A stretch of 64,000 bases of DNA. Origin: an uncultured Acidobacteriota bacterium (lineage in GTDB: Bacteria > Actinomycetota > Acidimicrobiia > Spongiisociales > ZC4RG35). Below the pieces are notes generated by a model. It was not told the DNA's origin and did not search any database. It worked only from the letters and a program-made list of their open reading frames with translations. The position numbers and the translations under genes are program-made. Below are positions 33,108-42,819 of the stretch, piece after piece. The DNA lies in NCBI GenBank assembly GCA_963789135.1, contig CAWBJJ010000002.1, positions 87,736-151,735 of the forward strand, in the 5' to 3' direction. Position 1 is the first letter of the stretch. Each line of letters starts with the position of its first letter.

Positions 33108-34411
33108 TGCAGGCTCCCCACGGTCATGGAGAGGCGGTCGACGATGAGGTCGACCTCATCGTCGAGGATGGTCAACGGCGGTCCGATGAGCAGGAAGTCT
33201 CCGTTCTCGCCATCGGCGTTGCCGGTCGAGGGATAGAGGAGCAATCCGGCCTCCTTTGCCGTCGCCACCATTCGCTCGGCCACTCTGGCGGACCTTGCGA
33301 AGGGCTTTCTTGCCTCCCGATCCTCGACGAGCTCGATACACGCGAACAGCCCGACGCCCCGGATGTCCCCGACCCGCGGATGAGCTCCGAGAGCCGCCTG
33401 CAACCCGGCGATCAGGCGCTCTCCCTGGGTCCGTGACCGGTCGATCAGGCGGAGCTCTTGGATCCTTTCGAGCACGGCGAGCCCGACCGCCGCTCCTATG
33501 GGGTGATGGGACCAAGTGAATCCATGGGTCAGGCCGCCGCCACCGGCGATACCGTCGTGAACCTGGCCCGACGCGATGGCCAGCCCCAACGGCCAATAGC
33601 CGCTGGAGGCCCCTTTGGCGGCGACCACCAGATCGGGCCGTAAACCGAAATGGTCACTGGCGAACCACTCGCCCGTTCTCCCGAATCCGGTCATCACCTC
33701 GTCGGCGATGATCAGGACCCCGTATCGGCGGCAAACGTCTCCGATCAGTGGCCAGTAGCCGTCGGGCGGGACGGCGGCCCCGCTGGCGGCGCCCCCGATC
33801 GGCTCGGCGACGAAGGCCGCTACGCGCTCCGGACCGGCGGTTTCAATCGCCGACTCGAGTTGCAATGCGTGCCAGGCGGCGCAGCCCCTCGGGTGGTCCG
33901 GGTTGGGGCACCGGTACTCCCCGACGGCGGGCACCCGCACCGTCTGCCCCAGCCAGGGCTCGTAGGGAAGGCGCAGGGATTCACGTCCCGAGAGGTCGAG
34001 AGCCCCCCTTGTGTTGCCGTGATAGGAGTGGCCCCGGGCGATGAACACGGACCGCTCCGCGCCGCCCGTCGCCACGTGGTAGGCGCGCGCCATCTTCAGA
34101 GCGGTCTCCATGGCCTCGGACCCACCCGATACCGGGAACACCCGGGCCCCCTCCATGGGCAGCAGCTGGGCAAGACGTGTCGCGTAGGCCTCCCCGACCT
34201 CCGTCGTGAATGCCGAGGCGTGGACGTAGGACAGCGTCGCCGCCTGGGCTGCCATCACCTCGGCCACTCGGGCGTCACCGTGGCCGATCCCGACGGCAAT
34301 GGCTCCCCCCGCCGCGTCCAGGTACTGCTTGCCGTCGCTGTCGGTGATCCATGCCCCGCTGCCGCTGACCGCGGTGGGGAGGGCCGAGCCGCGGGCAAAG
34401 ACCGCGCTCAT
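33104..34411 (-). CDS. class-III PLP-dependent aminotransferase (omega-aminotransferase family)
   Basis: Typical N-terminus MSAVFARG...GAWITDSDGKQYLDAAGG, then FIARGHSYHGNT and IADEVMTGFGRTG. The ORF extends to 34495, but the ATG at 34411 gives the family-typical N-terminus. Confidence 0.8.
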   Translation of the reverse strand: MSAVFARGSALPTAVSGSGAWITDSDGKQYLDAAGGAIAVGIGHGDARVAEVMAAQAATLSYVHASAFTTEVGEAYATRLAQLLPMEGARVFPVSGGSEAMETALKMARAYHVATGGAERSVFIARGHSYHGNTRGALDLSGRESLRLPYEPWLGQTVRVPAVGEYRCPNPDHPRGCAAWHALQLESAIETAGPERVAAFVAEPIGGAASGAAVPPDGYWPLIGDVCRRYGVLIIADEVMTGFGRTGEWFASDHFGLRPDLVVAAKGASSGYWPLGLAIASGQVHDGIAGGGGLTHGFTWSHHPIGAAVGLAVLERIQELRLIDRSRTQGERLIAGLQAALGAHPRVGDIRGVGLFACIELVEDREARKPFARSARVAERMVATAKEAGLLLYPSTGNADGENGDFLLIGPPLTILDDEVDLIVDRLSMTVGSLQ

Positions 34412-34485
34412 CGAGGATGGGAGGGGCTCATCGGGGACGACACGATACGCCCGGGGGCTAGCGTGCCGGTCCGAAAGGCGGTGAT

Positions 34486-35568
34486 GTGAGGGCAAGGTTG
34501 CGGGATATCGACGAGGGTATTGGCACCCTCCGCCCTGGCCCCGCCAATGCGATCACCGACGTGCCCGGAGGTGCTGGTCGGTCACGCGACAGTCATCCGC
34601 GACCAGCCCGCGGTGGTCCGCAGTGGGGTGACCATGGTCGTGCCCCGTGACGGGGCCATCTGGAAGGACTACGCCTACGCCGGCTCTTTCGTCTTCAACG
34701 GCAACGGGGAGATGACTGGCCTCCCCTGGGTCGAAGAGTCGGGGATGCTCGGGTCGCCAGTGGGCATCACCAGCACCTTCCAGGTCGGGTTGGTTCGGGA
34801 CTTTCTTGCCAAAGAGTCGGTGCGTGTCGGTGTGGTCGAAGACTTCATGCTTCCCGTCGTAGGGGAGACCTGGGACGGTTGGCTCAGCGATGGGACGACG
34901 TTTCCCCTCACCGATGACGATGCAGAGGCTGCTTTGCGGGCCGCTGTCGGGTGGCGAGGTCACCGAGGGTGCCGTCGGCGGAGGCACCGGGATGATCTGC
35001 CATGAGTTCAAGTCGGGGATCGGGACCTCGTCCAGGGTCGTCGAGGTCCTGGGCGCCGACTACACGGTTGGGGTCCTCGTGCAGTCCAACTACGGGGCGC
35101 GCGAGGACCTGCGCATCTCGGGAGTCCCCTGCGGTCCCCTGATCGACACCACCACGGTCCCCTCGCCCTGGGACGAGGCTCCCAACGGCGGCTCGATCAT
35201 CGTGATCGTCGCGACCGATGCTCCGATCCTTCCCGGCCAATGCAAGCGACTGGCGAGGCGAGCGACTGTCGGCGTGGCCCGTGTCGGCGGCTACGGCCAC
35301 GATTCGAGCGGTGACCTATTCCTCGCGTTCTCGACCGGGAATCACCTCGAGGAGAGGCCCGGGACGATTGCGAGAGGTGGCGTCACTGCCCAACGAGGCG
35401 ATGGATCCGTTGTTTCACGCGGTGGCCGATGCGACCGAGGAGTCGATCGTCAACGCACTGTTCGCTGCGGAGACCATGACCGGGCACCTGGGCCGGGTCG
35501 CCCACGAGCTTCCACTCGACCGGGTCAGCGAGATCCTGGATCGGCAGCGGGCGGCACCCACCGACTGA
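34486..35568 (+). pseudogene. DmpA / P1-family (L-aminopeptidase D-esterase-like) peptidase, three frameshifts
   Basis: VRARLRDIDEGIGTLRPGPANAITDVPG shifts near 34573 to VLVGHATVIRD...[10 protein letters not shown]...AALRAAV. That shifts near 34950 to [27 protein letters not shown]...[11 protein letters not shown]. That shifts near 35368 to [30 protein letters not shown].... Confidence 0.7.
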
Positions 35569-36972
35569 GAGTCATTCGCTCGATTCTCCGACCGGTCGGC
35601 GGGGTGGAGAGCTGGAGCGGGAGTCGGGCCCGAAACGTGGTGCCGTCAGGGCCGGTCAGGAAGTCGAGTTGACCCCCATGGCGGGCGACGATCGAGTGAA
35701 CGGTCGCCAGCCCGAGGCCGGTCCCCTGCCCTGGCTCCTTCGTCGTGAAGAACGGGTCGAAGATCCTCGCAGCAACGTCATCGGGGATCCCGGTGCCGGT
35801 AGTCTCCGATGGCGACCTCCACCCCGTCCTCGGTGCTCTGGGCGCGGATAGTCAACGTGCCCTATCCCGTCCATGGCGAAGATCGCGTTGTCGATCAGGT
35901 TGGTCCAGACCTGGCTCAACTCCGCCCCGTAGGCCTCGATTTCGGGGAGGTCCGGCTCGTAGTCCTTCTCCACCTTGACGCCCGTTTTGAGACGGTGCTT
36001 GAGCAACACCAGGGCGTTGTCGATGGATGCCCGCACGTCGACCGATTGCACCGATCCCTGGTCGAGATACGAAAACTCCTTCACTGCGCGGATCAACTCG
36101 GAGACCCGGTCCGCTCCGGCCTTGACCTCTTCGATGAGTTGCTTGCCGAGGAGGCGCAGCCCGAGCCACGCCAGGATGTCCGCCCGGCTTTCAGGGCTCG
36201 TTGCACTCGCCGCGACCTGCTCGAGACTCTCGGTGGTCCAACCCGCGTCGAGCAGGGGAGGCGCCAGCTCCCACGGGTCCTCGACGCCCTGGCGTGACAG
36301 CCACTCGCCGAGCTCGTCCTCGGCGTCGGACTGGGCGACGGCGCTCAGCTCTACGTCCGGCTTCGTCGGTGGGTGCTCCTCGGGGAACGGGACGCCGCTT
36401 GCCGAGACCCTGCGGGCCGTGTCGCCGATGCGCTCGATGAGCGCCCCGCTGGCATTAGTGCCATGGCGCACCGCCGCCATCGGATTGTTCAGCTCGTGCA
36501 TCAGGCCCGCTGCCATCCTTCCCAGGCCGGCCATCCGCTCTTCGCTCCTCACCAAAGCCTCGGTCTCTCGCAGCCGGGAGGTGACCATCCGCAGCATCCT
36601 GAGGACAAGGGTCGGGTTCTCGAGCAGCTCGCCAAAGGTCTGCGAGGGCACCTTTATGTACTCGACCTCGGTGAGCGCGGTGACGCTGGCAATCCGGGGA
36701 ACGTCATCGAGGAGAGAGATCTCACCGAGCACCTCGCCCGCGCCGACCCGCGCCACGGTGATCACCCGCCCTCCGCTCAACTTGGTGACTTCGAGCTCCC
36801 CGTCGGTCACCACGTAGAGGCCGTCGCTCTGTGACCCTTCCTCGATGATGATCTCACCTGGAACGGCGTGGAGCTGTTCGGAGGCCGTGCAGACTCTCAG
36901 CAGCAGTCGCTCTGGCAGGTCGGCGAAGTAGGGCAGCCTCTTCAGCTGGTCGAAAATCGAGACCTCGCTCAA
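35525..36972 (-). pseudogene. soluble sensor histidine kinase with N-terminal cyclic-nucleotide-binding domain; C-terminal ATPase domain frameshifted twice
   Basis: The cNMP-binding fold is GEIIIEEGSQSDGLYVVTDGELEV...GAGEVLGEISLLD, and the H-box is GLMHELNNPMAAV. After [12 protein letters not shown] the G-box region lies in other frames: [18 protein letters not shown], then [38 protein letters not shown]. Shifts lie near 35862 and 35812. The 3' end is uncertain (ORF-track stop 35656; stop in the restored frame 35525). Confidence 0.7.
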
Positions 36973-38621
36973 AGGGCTGCCAGGTGCTCGTGGATGAAGC
37001 GGACGGCCATGGCTCCCTCACCGGTGGACGAGGCGACTCGCTTCACAGAACCATGGCGGACGTCGCCGGCGACGAAGATCCCGGGCACAGAGGTTTCGAA
37101 TGGCAATGGAGACCTGGCGAGATTCCAGCCCTTGGGATGGGGGCCACAGTCGGAGCCGGACAGGATGAAGCCCCGGTCGTCACGGTCCACGTCGTCGCCA
37201 ACCCAATCGGTCCGCGCCGATTGGCCGATGAAGATGAAAACGGCTCCGGCCGGCACGACCTCCGACTCGTCCGTGTCCAGGTCGCGCAACACGAGCTCTT
37301 CGAGGTGAGTGTCACCCCGGGCCTCGACGAGCTGAGACCTGTAGCGGACGAAGATGTTCTCCTCGGCCGAGATCGCATCGATCAGGTATTGCGACATGAA
37401 CTCGGTGAGGGAGTCGCCCCTGACCATGATGGTGACACTGGAGCCGAACCGACTGAGGAACATGGCCGCCTGTCCCGCTGAGTTCCCGGCCCCGATGATG
37501 TACATGGGCTCGTCGCGATGGGCAGCGCCCTCGATGCGTGAGGTGCCGTAGTACACGCCTGCCCCGGTGAGGTCTTCAACGCCGGGAGAGTCGAGTCTGG
37601 TGTAGGACACCCCGGTAGTGATGAGGAGAGCCTTGGTACTCACTTCGGAGCCGTCGCTGAACCCGACGGTGCGGAATGGATCATTCCTGGTAACCGAGAC
37701 CACCTCGGCCGGAGTGAGGATCTCGGCACCGAATCGCGTCGCCTGGGTCACCGCCCTTCGTGCCAGGTCGCTGCCGCTCACGCCCTTGGGAAAGCCGAGG
37801 TAATTCTCGATCCGCGAGCTCTGGCCGGCCTGCCCTCCGGGGGCCTCACTCTCGACCAACAGCGTGGCCAGACCTTCCGAGGCGCCGTAGACCGCGGCGG
37901 CCAGGCCGGCGGGGCCGGCCCCGACGATCACCAGGTCGTATGAGGGTTGGGCCGGTTGGGTCTGCAGCCCGATCGCCGTTGCGATGTCGGAGAGCGAAGG
38001 CTGGATCAAGGTGGACCCGTCGGGCATCAGGACGACGGGAAGCAGGGCCGAGTCGCCGCCGGCGTCTGCGAGGAGGAGCTCTGCCTCGTCGTCCGTCCCC
38101 AGATCGAGCGACCGGTACGGGACCTGATTGCGAGCCAGGAACGCCCTTGCCTCATGGGTGGCCCGGCCCCAGCGGTTTCCGATCACGGTGATTCCCTCGA
38201 AACGGGGCACGAATCCGGCCCACCAGTCTTCGAGTAGATCGTCGATGATCGGATAGAGCCGCTCCTCGGGCGGGTCCCAGGGCTTCATGATGTAGTGGTC
38301 GAGCGAGACCTCGTTGATGGCCGCGATGGCCGCCTCGGTGTCGGCGTAGGCGGTGAGAAGTGCTCTCTTGGCGTCGGGAACCCGCTCCATGGTCTGGGCG
38401 AGGAACTGGATCCCGGTCATCTCCGGCATTCTCTGGTCGACCAGAAGCAGGGCGATCGGCTCGTTTCGGAGGTTCAGCTCCCGAACCGCCTCCAGTCCCT
38501 CGGCGCCCGAGCTCGCGGCGACTATCCGGTAGTCCTCGCCGTATTGGCGCCGGAGGTCGCGCTGAACGGCGCGCAGGACTTCCTGGTCGTCATCGACGGT
38601 GAGGATTACGGGCTTGGGCAT
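36969..38621 (-). CDS. fused response-regulator receiver / glutaredoxin-like / thioredoxin-reductase-like flavoprotein
   Basis: 550 aa. The REC domain is ILTVDDD...LLLVDQRMPEMTG...YIMKPW. A Trx-fold-like linker follows, then the FAD motif DLVIVGAGPAGLAAAVY and NAD(P) motif IIGAGNSAGQAA. Its stop overlaps the start of the kinase gene by 4 nt. Confidence 0.8.
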   Translation of the reverse strand: MPKPVILTVDDDQEVLRAVQRDLRRQYGEDYRIVAASSGAEGLEAVRELNLRNEPIALLLVDQRMPEMTGIQFLAQTMERVPDAKRALLTAYADTEAAIAAINEVSLDHYIMKPWDPPEERLYPIIDDLLEDWWAGFVPRFEGITVIGNRWGRATHEARAFLARNQVPYRSLDLGTDDEAELLLADAGGDSALLPVVLMPDGSTLIQPSLSDIATAIGLQTQPAQPSYDLVIVGAGPAGLAAAVYGASEGLATLLVESEAPGGQAGQSSRIENYLGFPKGVSGSDLARRAVTQATRFGAEILTPAEVVSVTRNDPFRTVGFSDGSEVSTKALLITTGVSYTRLDSPGVEDLTGAGVYYGTSRIEGAAHRDEPMYIIGAGNSAGQAAMFLSRFGSSVTIMVRGDSLTEFMSQYLIDAISAEENIFVRYRSQLVEARGDTHLEELVLRDLDTDESEVVPAGAVFIFIGQSARTDWVGDDVDRDDRGFILSGSDCGPHPKGWNLARSPLPFETSVPGIFVAGDVRHGSVKRVASSTGEGAMAVRFIHEHLAAL

Positions 38622-38624
38622 CTG

Positions 38625-38897
38625 TCAGACGAAACGCGAGTCCGGGTAACACCATCTCCAGGTCTCACCGGGCTCGAAACTGCGCACGATGGCGTGTTCT
38701 GTCGTGCCGGCGTGCTTGCGGGCGTGGGTGTTCTTCGATTGGTCGCAGCAGCCCACGTTTCCACATACCAGGCACAACCGAAGGTGGACCCACGTGTCTC
38801 CAACAGCGAGACATTCGCCACAGCCCTCCGTGGCTGGGCTCACCTCCTGGATCATGTCGATGTGCTCGCATGGGGGCTGCTCGCTCTGCGAGGACAT
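38625..38897 (-). CDS. UBP-type zinc-finger (zf-UBP) protein
   Basis: 90 aa. CEH...CGEC...WVHLRLCLVCGNVGCCDQSKNTHARKH matches the zf-UBP Cys/His pattern. It ends 3 nt upstream of the REC-TrxR-like gene. Confidence 0.75.
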   Translation of the reverse strand: MSSQSEQPPCEHIDMIQEVSPATEGCGECLAVGDTWVHLRLCLVCGNVGCCDQSKNTHARKHAGTTEHAIVRSFEPGETWRWCYPDSRFV

Positions 38898-38992
38898 GAT
38901 TTCAGAAACCTCCCTGGACCGACGACTGGGGGCAATCTAGGCCGACTGACCAGCTGCGGGCGCCGCTGCCGGGCCGCTCCTATTCTCTGGGC

Positions 38993-39970
38993 ATGGCGGC
39001 GATTCTCGGGTTCGGTGGTTATGTCCCGGAAAGGGTGATGACCAACGACGAGTGGGCCGACTTGGTCGACACCTCCGACGAGTGGATCACCCAGAGGACA
39101 GGGATCAAGCGGCGTCGGGTGGCGGCACCCGACGAGACCACTCTCACCCTCGCGGCGAACGCCGCCGAGTCCGCGATAAAGGACGCCGGCCTGATCCCGG
39201 GCGACATCGGGGAGATCATCGTCGCCACCGATACCCCCGAGTTGTACACCCCGGATACTGCGGCGCTGCTCCAAGACCGCCTTGGCTGCGACCACATCCC
39301 GGCGTACGACCTGGGTGGGAGCGGGTGCGCCGGTTTCGTGCAAGCTCTCGATATAGCTCGGGCGCGTATCGCATTTTCCCCCCGGAACACGTTGGTGGTG
39401 GGTGTCGAGTTGATCACCCGGCTCATCGATTGGACCGATCGGGCGACCGCGGTCCTGTTCGGCGACGGCGCGGGCGCCGTTGTGCTCGGGCCGGAGCGGG
39501 GGCGGGCCGAGCTACTCGACGTGGTCTCCGGGACCGACGGGTCCCAGGCGGAGATCCTCACGCTGGCCACCGGTGGAACGAGGAATCCTTTCAACGAGGA
39601 AGCACTGGCCACGGGCGCTCACAAGCGGCTGGTGATGGATGGGCGGAAGGTCTTCGTGGAAGCCGTTCAGAGGATGGGCTCGTCGGTCGAGGAATTGCTG
39701 GCCCGGATCGACCGGAGCACCGAGGAGGTCGCACTCGTGATCCCACATCAGGCGAACCTGAGGATCATCGAGGCGATTCGCAAGCGACTCGACCTCCGCG
39801 ACGAGCAGGTCTACGTCAACATCCACGAATACGGCAACACCGGATCGGCCACCGTGCCTTTCGCACTCTCCGAGGCCGTCGGCGAGGGGCGGATAAGCGA
39901 GGGTGACCTGGTGGTGCTCACCGCCTTCGGCGCGGGCTTGCACTGGGCCTCGGCGGCACTCCAGTTCTAG
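38993..39970 (+). CDS. fabH: beta-ketoacyl-ACP synthase III
   Basis: 325 aa. GFGGYVPERVMTNDEW...SDEWITQRTGIKRRR, active-site region GGSGCAGF, HQANLRI, and GNTGSAT. Confidence 0.9.
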   Translation: MAAILGFGGYVPERVMTNDEWADLVDTSDEWITQRTGIKRRRVAAPDETTLTLAANAAESAIKDAGLIPGDIGEIIVATDTPELYTPDTAALLQDRLGCDHIPAYDLGGSGCAGFVQALDIARARIAFSPRNTLVVGVELITRLIDWTDRATAVLFGDGAGAVVLGPERGRAELLDVVSGTDGSQAEILTLATGGTRNPFNEEALATGAHKRLVMDGRKVFVEAVQRMGSSVEELLARIDRSTEEVALVIPHQANLRIIEAIRKRLDLRDEQVYVNIHEYGNTGSATVPFALSEAVGEGRISEGDLVVLTAFGAGLHWASAALQF

Positions 39971-39999
39971 CTATCGCAACGGCAAACAAGCGGGTGTGG

Positions 40000-41508
40000 T
40001 CAGCGGAAGAGTTCGGGTTCGAATGGATTCAATCCTCCCCCCGGAGGTGGGTTCCCTCTCAGCGCAGCGGGCAGGGCGTCGTCGGGGATGAGGATTCCCG
40101 AAAGTTGCACCAAGGACCAGTTTCCCCCGGCCGTGAAAGTGCCTGGCTCTCCTGGATGAAAGACCGTGGTCGTGCCGCCCTTGCGCCACCACGTGGCCTG
40201 GAGCCAGGTCGCCTTGAACCTGAGGACGTGGCGCCATGAGTTCCCCGACCCGAAGGTGTTCTCCCAGAACTGAGGCACATAGCCGAATCTTGGCGACTCG
40301 TTGAGGGTCTCGAGGAAGAGCGATGCGGTGTGGCCCCCGGCTACGAACTGGGTGAGGCAAGCGCTCAGGTGTTCCCAGGAGTTCGGCTCGTCCATCGCAC
40401 CGTCGAGATCCCAATCTTGCTTGGGGTTGGTGGGGAACGGGTCGAACGAGTCCCGTTCGCAGATCGAAGGGAGGTCATCCGACGGGGAGTTCGACACGCT
40501 GAGGGAGGGGTCGATGTACTCCCAAAGTGGCCTGTCGTCGAGAGGGCTTCCGTACACGTTTCGCTTCGCGTTCCCCCCCTGCTGCAGGCGGGGACTGGCG
40601 ATTCCCCCGGGGACGGGTCCGGTGGCGAGGCCTTGTTGGACGCCGTTGGAGAGACCGGTGAATGTGTTCATGGTGTCCGGCGCCAGACCGTTGTCCATGT
40701 TGCTGCAGGTGTCTCGCACCTCGTTGGCCACGATCCCGTCCGGGTCGGGGATCACCCGGTGGTCGATCCCATAAGCGATGTTGACCGCGATGACATCTGA
40801 CTTGGGGCTCCCATTGCAGTTCTGGCTCGGACCGTCGGGTTGGGTGCCGTAGTGGGGCGACTCGAGAGCGCCGAAGTTGCCGGCGTCGGGGCCATCGCAC
40901 GGCTCCTCGGCATGGCCGCCGGAGGCGTCTCGAAGACAGGCATGCTGACCCTCTCCGGCGGTGCTGAGCAGGCCGAAGGGAAGGATCCCCCCTCCGCCAC
41001 GATTGCCCATCTTCGCGATGGCGTCGGCGTTGGCCTCTAGCTCGGCCACCCCGAGAAGCTGGCCGAAGGTCGTCTCGAAGGGCAGGTCTGGAAGATTCAC
41101 CCGGACGAATCCGCCGCCGTCGAAGGAAATGCAATCGAGCTTGCCCGTGGCGGTGGTCCAGCCGGCCGGGGCGACGATGGGCTGGAAGCTGAAGCCGCTC
41201 GCGTTCAGGTCGGTCCGCTCGGGATCCTCGCATGCTTCCCACAGAGCTTGCCACTCGGCGGCGGAGTAGTCGGCGATGACGTTGCGTTTGGTGAAGTCCA
41301 GGATGAGATCACGAATCGTGGTGTTGGGGCCCAGGGTCTCAATCGCTCCGGCCATGACCCCGATGTCGGCTGCGGTCTGATCCTGGCGCCGCTGGTTGAA
41401 TCCGAGGCTCAGGTCGATGGCGAGAGCAGCGAAGCCAAGCAGGACCAGCAGTGACATCGCGATGATGACCGCGCTGGCCCCACGCTCCGACTCCATCCGC
41501 GTCAGCAT
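40000..41508 (-). CDS. TadG-like (Tad/Flp pilus-assembly TadE/G-like N-terminal domain) protein with large C-terminal domain
   Basis: The N-terminus ERGASAVIIAMSLLVLLGFAALAIDLSLGF...DQTAADIGVMAGA is the pseudopilin-like Tad motif. 502 aa. Confidence 0.65.
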   Translation of the reverse strand: MLTRMESERGASAVIIAMSLLVLLGFAALAIDLSLGFNQRRQDQTAADIGVMAGAIETLGPNTTIRDLILDFTKRNVIADYSAAEWQALWEACEDPERTDLNASGFSFQPIVAPAGWTTATGKLDCISFDGGGFVRVNLPDLPFETTFGQLLGVAELEANADAIAKMGNRGGGGILPFGLLSTAGEGQHACLRDASGGHAEEPCDGPDAGNFGALESPHYGTQPDGPSQNCNGSPKSDVIAVNIAYGIDHRVIPDPDGIVANEVRDTCSNMDNGLAPDTMNTFTGLSNGVQQGLATGPVPGGIASPRLQQGGNAKRNVYGSPLDDRPLWEYIDPSLSVSNSPSDDLPSICERDSFDPFPTNPKQDWDLDGAMDEPNSWEHLSACLTQFVAGGHTASLFLETLNESPRFGYVPQFWENTFGSGNSWRHVLRFKATWLQATWWRKGGTTTVFHPGEPGTFTAGGNWSLVQLSGILIPDDALPAALRGNPPPGGGLNPFEPELFR

Positions 41509-41939
41509 GGAGCAGGCGAGGCGTCCGTGGACCAGTCAGTCGAATCTTGCTCGAGGCGAAACTCGACAGTGGATTGGAGATCGTCGGGCAGAAAGATCTC
41601 GATCAAGCCGAGCCCGGAGAGGGAACCTGGCGTCGCCGCGATCTGGACGCTGGCGGTCTCACCGATGTCCCCACTCGGACTGTCTGTGAACCGAACCGTC
41701 ACACCGGACGTGAGGTCCATCGAGTCACATGTGAGGTCGTGAAGGAAGCTGTTGTCCCCTGCATTCACAGCGGCAGCACGGGCCGCCTCCCGAGCCCCAT
41801 GTCGCACATCGTTGAACTCCCCGATGAAGTATCCGAACTCGATGATTCCGAAAAGCAGGAGGATCAGGAAGGGCGCGAGTAGGGCGAACTCGACCAGGCT
41901 TGCCCCCTGGTCCTCAGACCGACGATTCATCCTTCTCAC
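41502..41939 (-). CDS. TadE-like protein
   Basis: The N-terminus EDQGASLVEFALLAPFLILLLFGIIEFG is the TadE motif. 145 aa. It overlaps the TadG-like gene by 7 nt. Confidence 0.7.
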   Translation of the reverse strand: MRRMNRRSEDQGASLVEFALLAPFLILLLFGIIEFGYFIGEFNDVRHGAREAARAAAVNAGDNSFLHDLTCDSMDLTSGVTVRFTDSPSGDIGETASVQIAATPGSLSGLGLIEIFLPDDLQSTVEFRLEQDSTDWSTDASPAPC

Positions 41940-42164
41940 CTAAACCCCGAAATGGGGCCCCCCAACGACACGCCACCTACGTAATCGCCGAAGACCCGTA
42001 TTGGGTTACTCTCAACGTCCTTGGCGCGACGGAGACGCCTCCTGTCGGACGGACGCGAGGCGGGACCGATGGAGATGCCCATCCTGTCGGATTCCGTGCC
42101 ACAAGGGTCCACGCCGCAACCAGCGCCGACATTACTTCTCCAGCTTCCGCCAGTCGAGGGAAGG

Positions 42165-42818
42165 TCAGCGCCGCTCGTCGTCGGGCCTGACGTAGCCCTC
42201 TTCGTAGGCGAGCGCGGTCAACTCGTGGCGCGAAGCGACGCTCAGCTTCTCGAAGATATGGGCCATGTGGTTCTCCAGTGTCTTGACCCGGATCCCCATC
42301 CTCGATGCCGTCTCCCGATAGGTGTACCCGCGGGCGATGAGGTTGACCACCTCCCGTTCCCGTGGTGTGAGTCTCGAGATCGACGACTCGGCCACGATGT
42401 CCTCGTCGATGTCGAGCAGGTAGCCGGCGACGTCCGGTGATACCGGGCGGGCGCCCTCGTATGTCTGATGGATCAGTGCGGGGAGGTCGGTCCCCAAAGT
42501 GGTTTTGGTGATGTAGCCGTCGACCCCGGCATCCATGAGACGGGCGACGTCCTCGCGGGAAGTCGAAACGGTCAGTGCCATGAATCGGACGTCTGGCTGA
42601 CCCGGCCGAACGGCGTCGATGACCGAGGCTCCGCCCCCGCCGGGGAGCTTGACGTCGAGGACGACCAATTGCGGTGCCCGTTCCCGGATCAACTCGATGG
42701 CGCTGTCGACGTTGTCAGCCTCGCCGACGATGTCGAACGAGGTGTCGAGCAGCGCCCGCATCCCGGCCCGGACCACATCGTGGTCGTCGACGAGGAGGAT
42801 GCGCAGTTGGTCGCTCAA
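42165..42818 (-). CDS. NarL/LuxR-family response regulator
   Basis: The REC domain is RILLVDDHDVVRAG...VVLDVKLPGG, and the C-terminal LuxR HTH is LTPREREVVNLIARGYTYRETASRMGIRVKTLENHM. I place the start at TTG 42818, 1 nt after the kinase stop; the longer ORF-track start at 42989 overlaps the kinase gene. Confidence 0.8.
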   Translation of the reverse strand: MSDQLRILLVDDHDVVRAGMRALLDTSFDIVGEADNVDSAIELIRERAPQLVVLDVKLPGGGGASVIDAVRPGQPDVRFMALTVSTSREDVARLMDAGVDGYITKTTLGTDLPALIHQTYEGARPVSPDVAGYLLDIDEDIVAESSISRLTPREREVVNLIARGYTYRETASRMGIRVKTLENHMAHIFEKLSVASRHELTALAYEEGYVRPDDERR

Positions 42819-42819
42819 C

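Noticed and set aside
41940-42165. Candidate Flp prepilin gene in the gap upstream of TadE.
   Set aside because: The minus-strand ORFs here (MSALVAAWTLVARNPTGW... and MGISIGPASRPSDRRRL...) lack the hydrophobic Flp core and processing motif.
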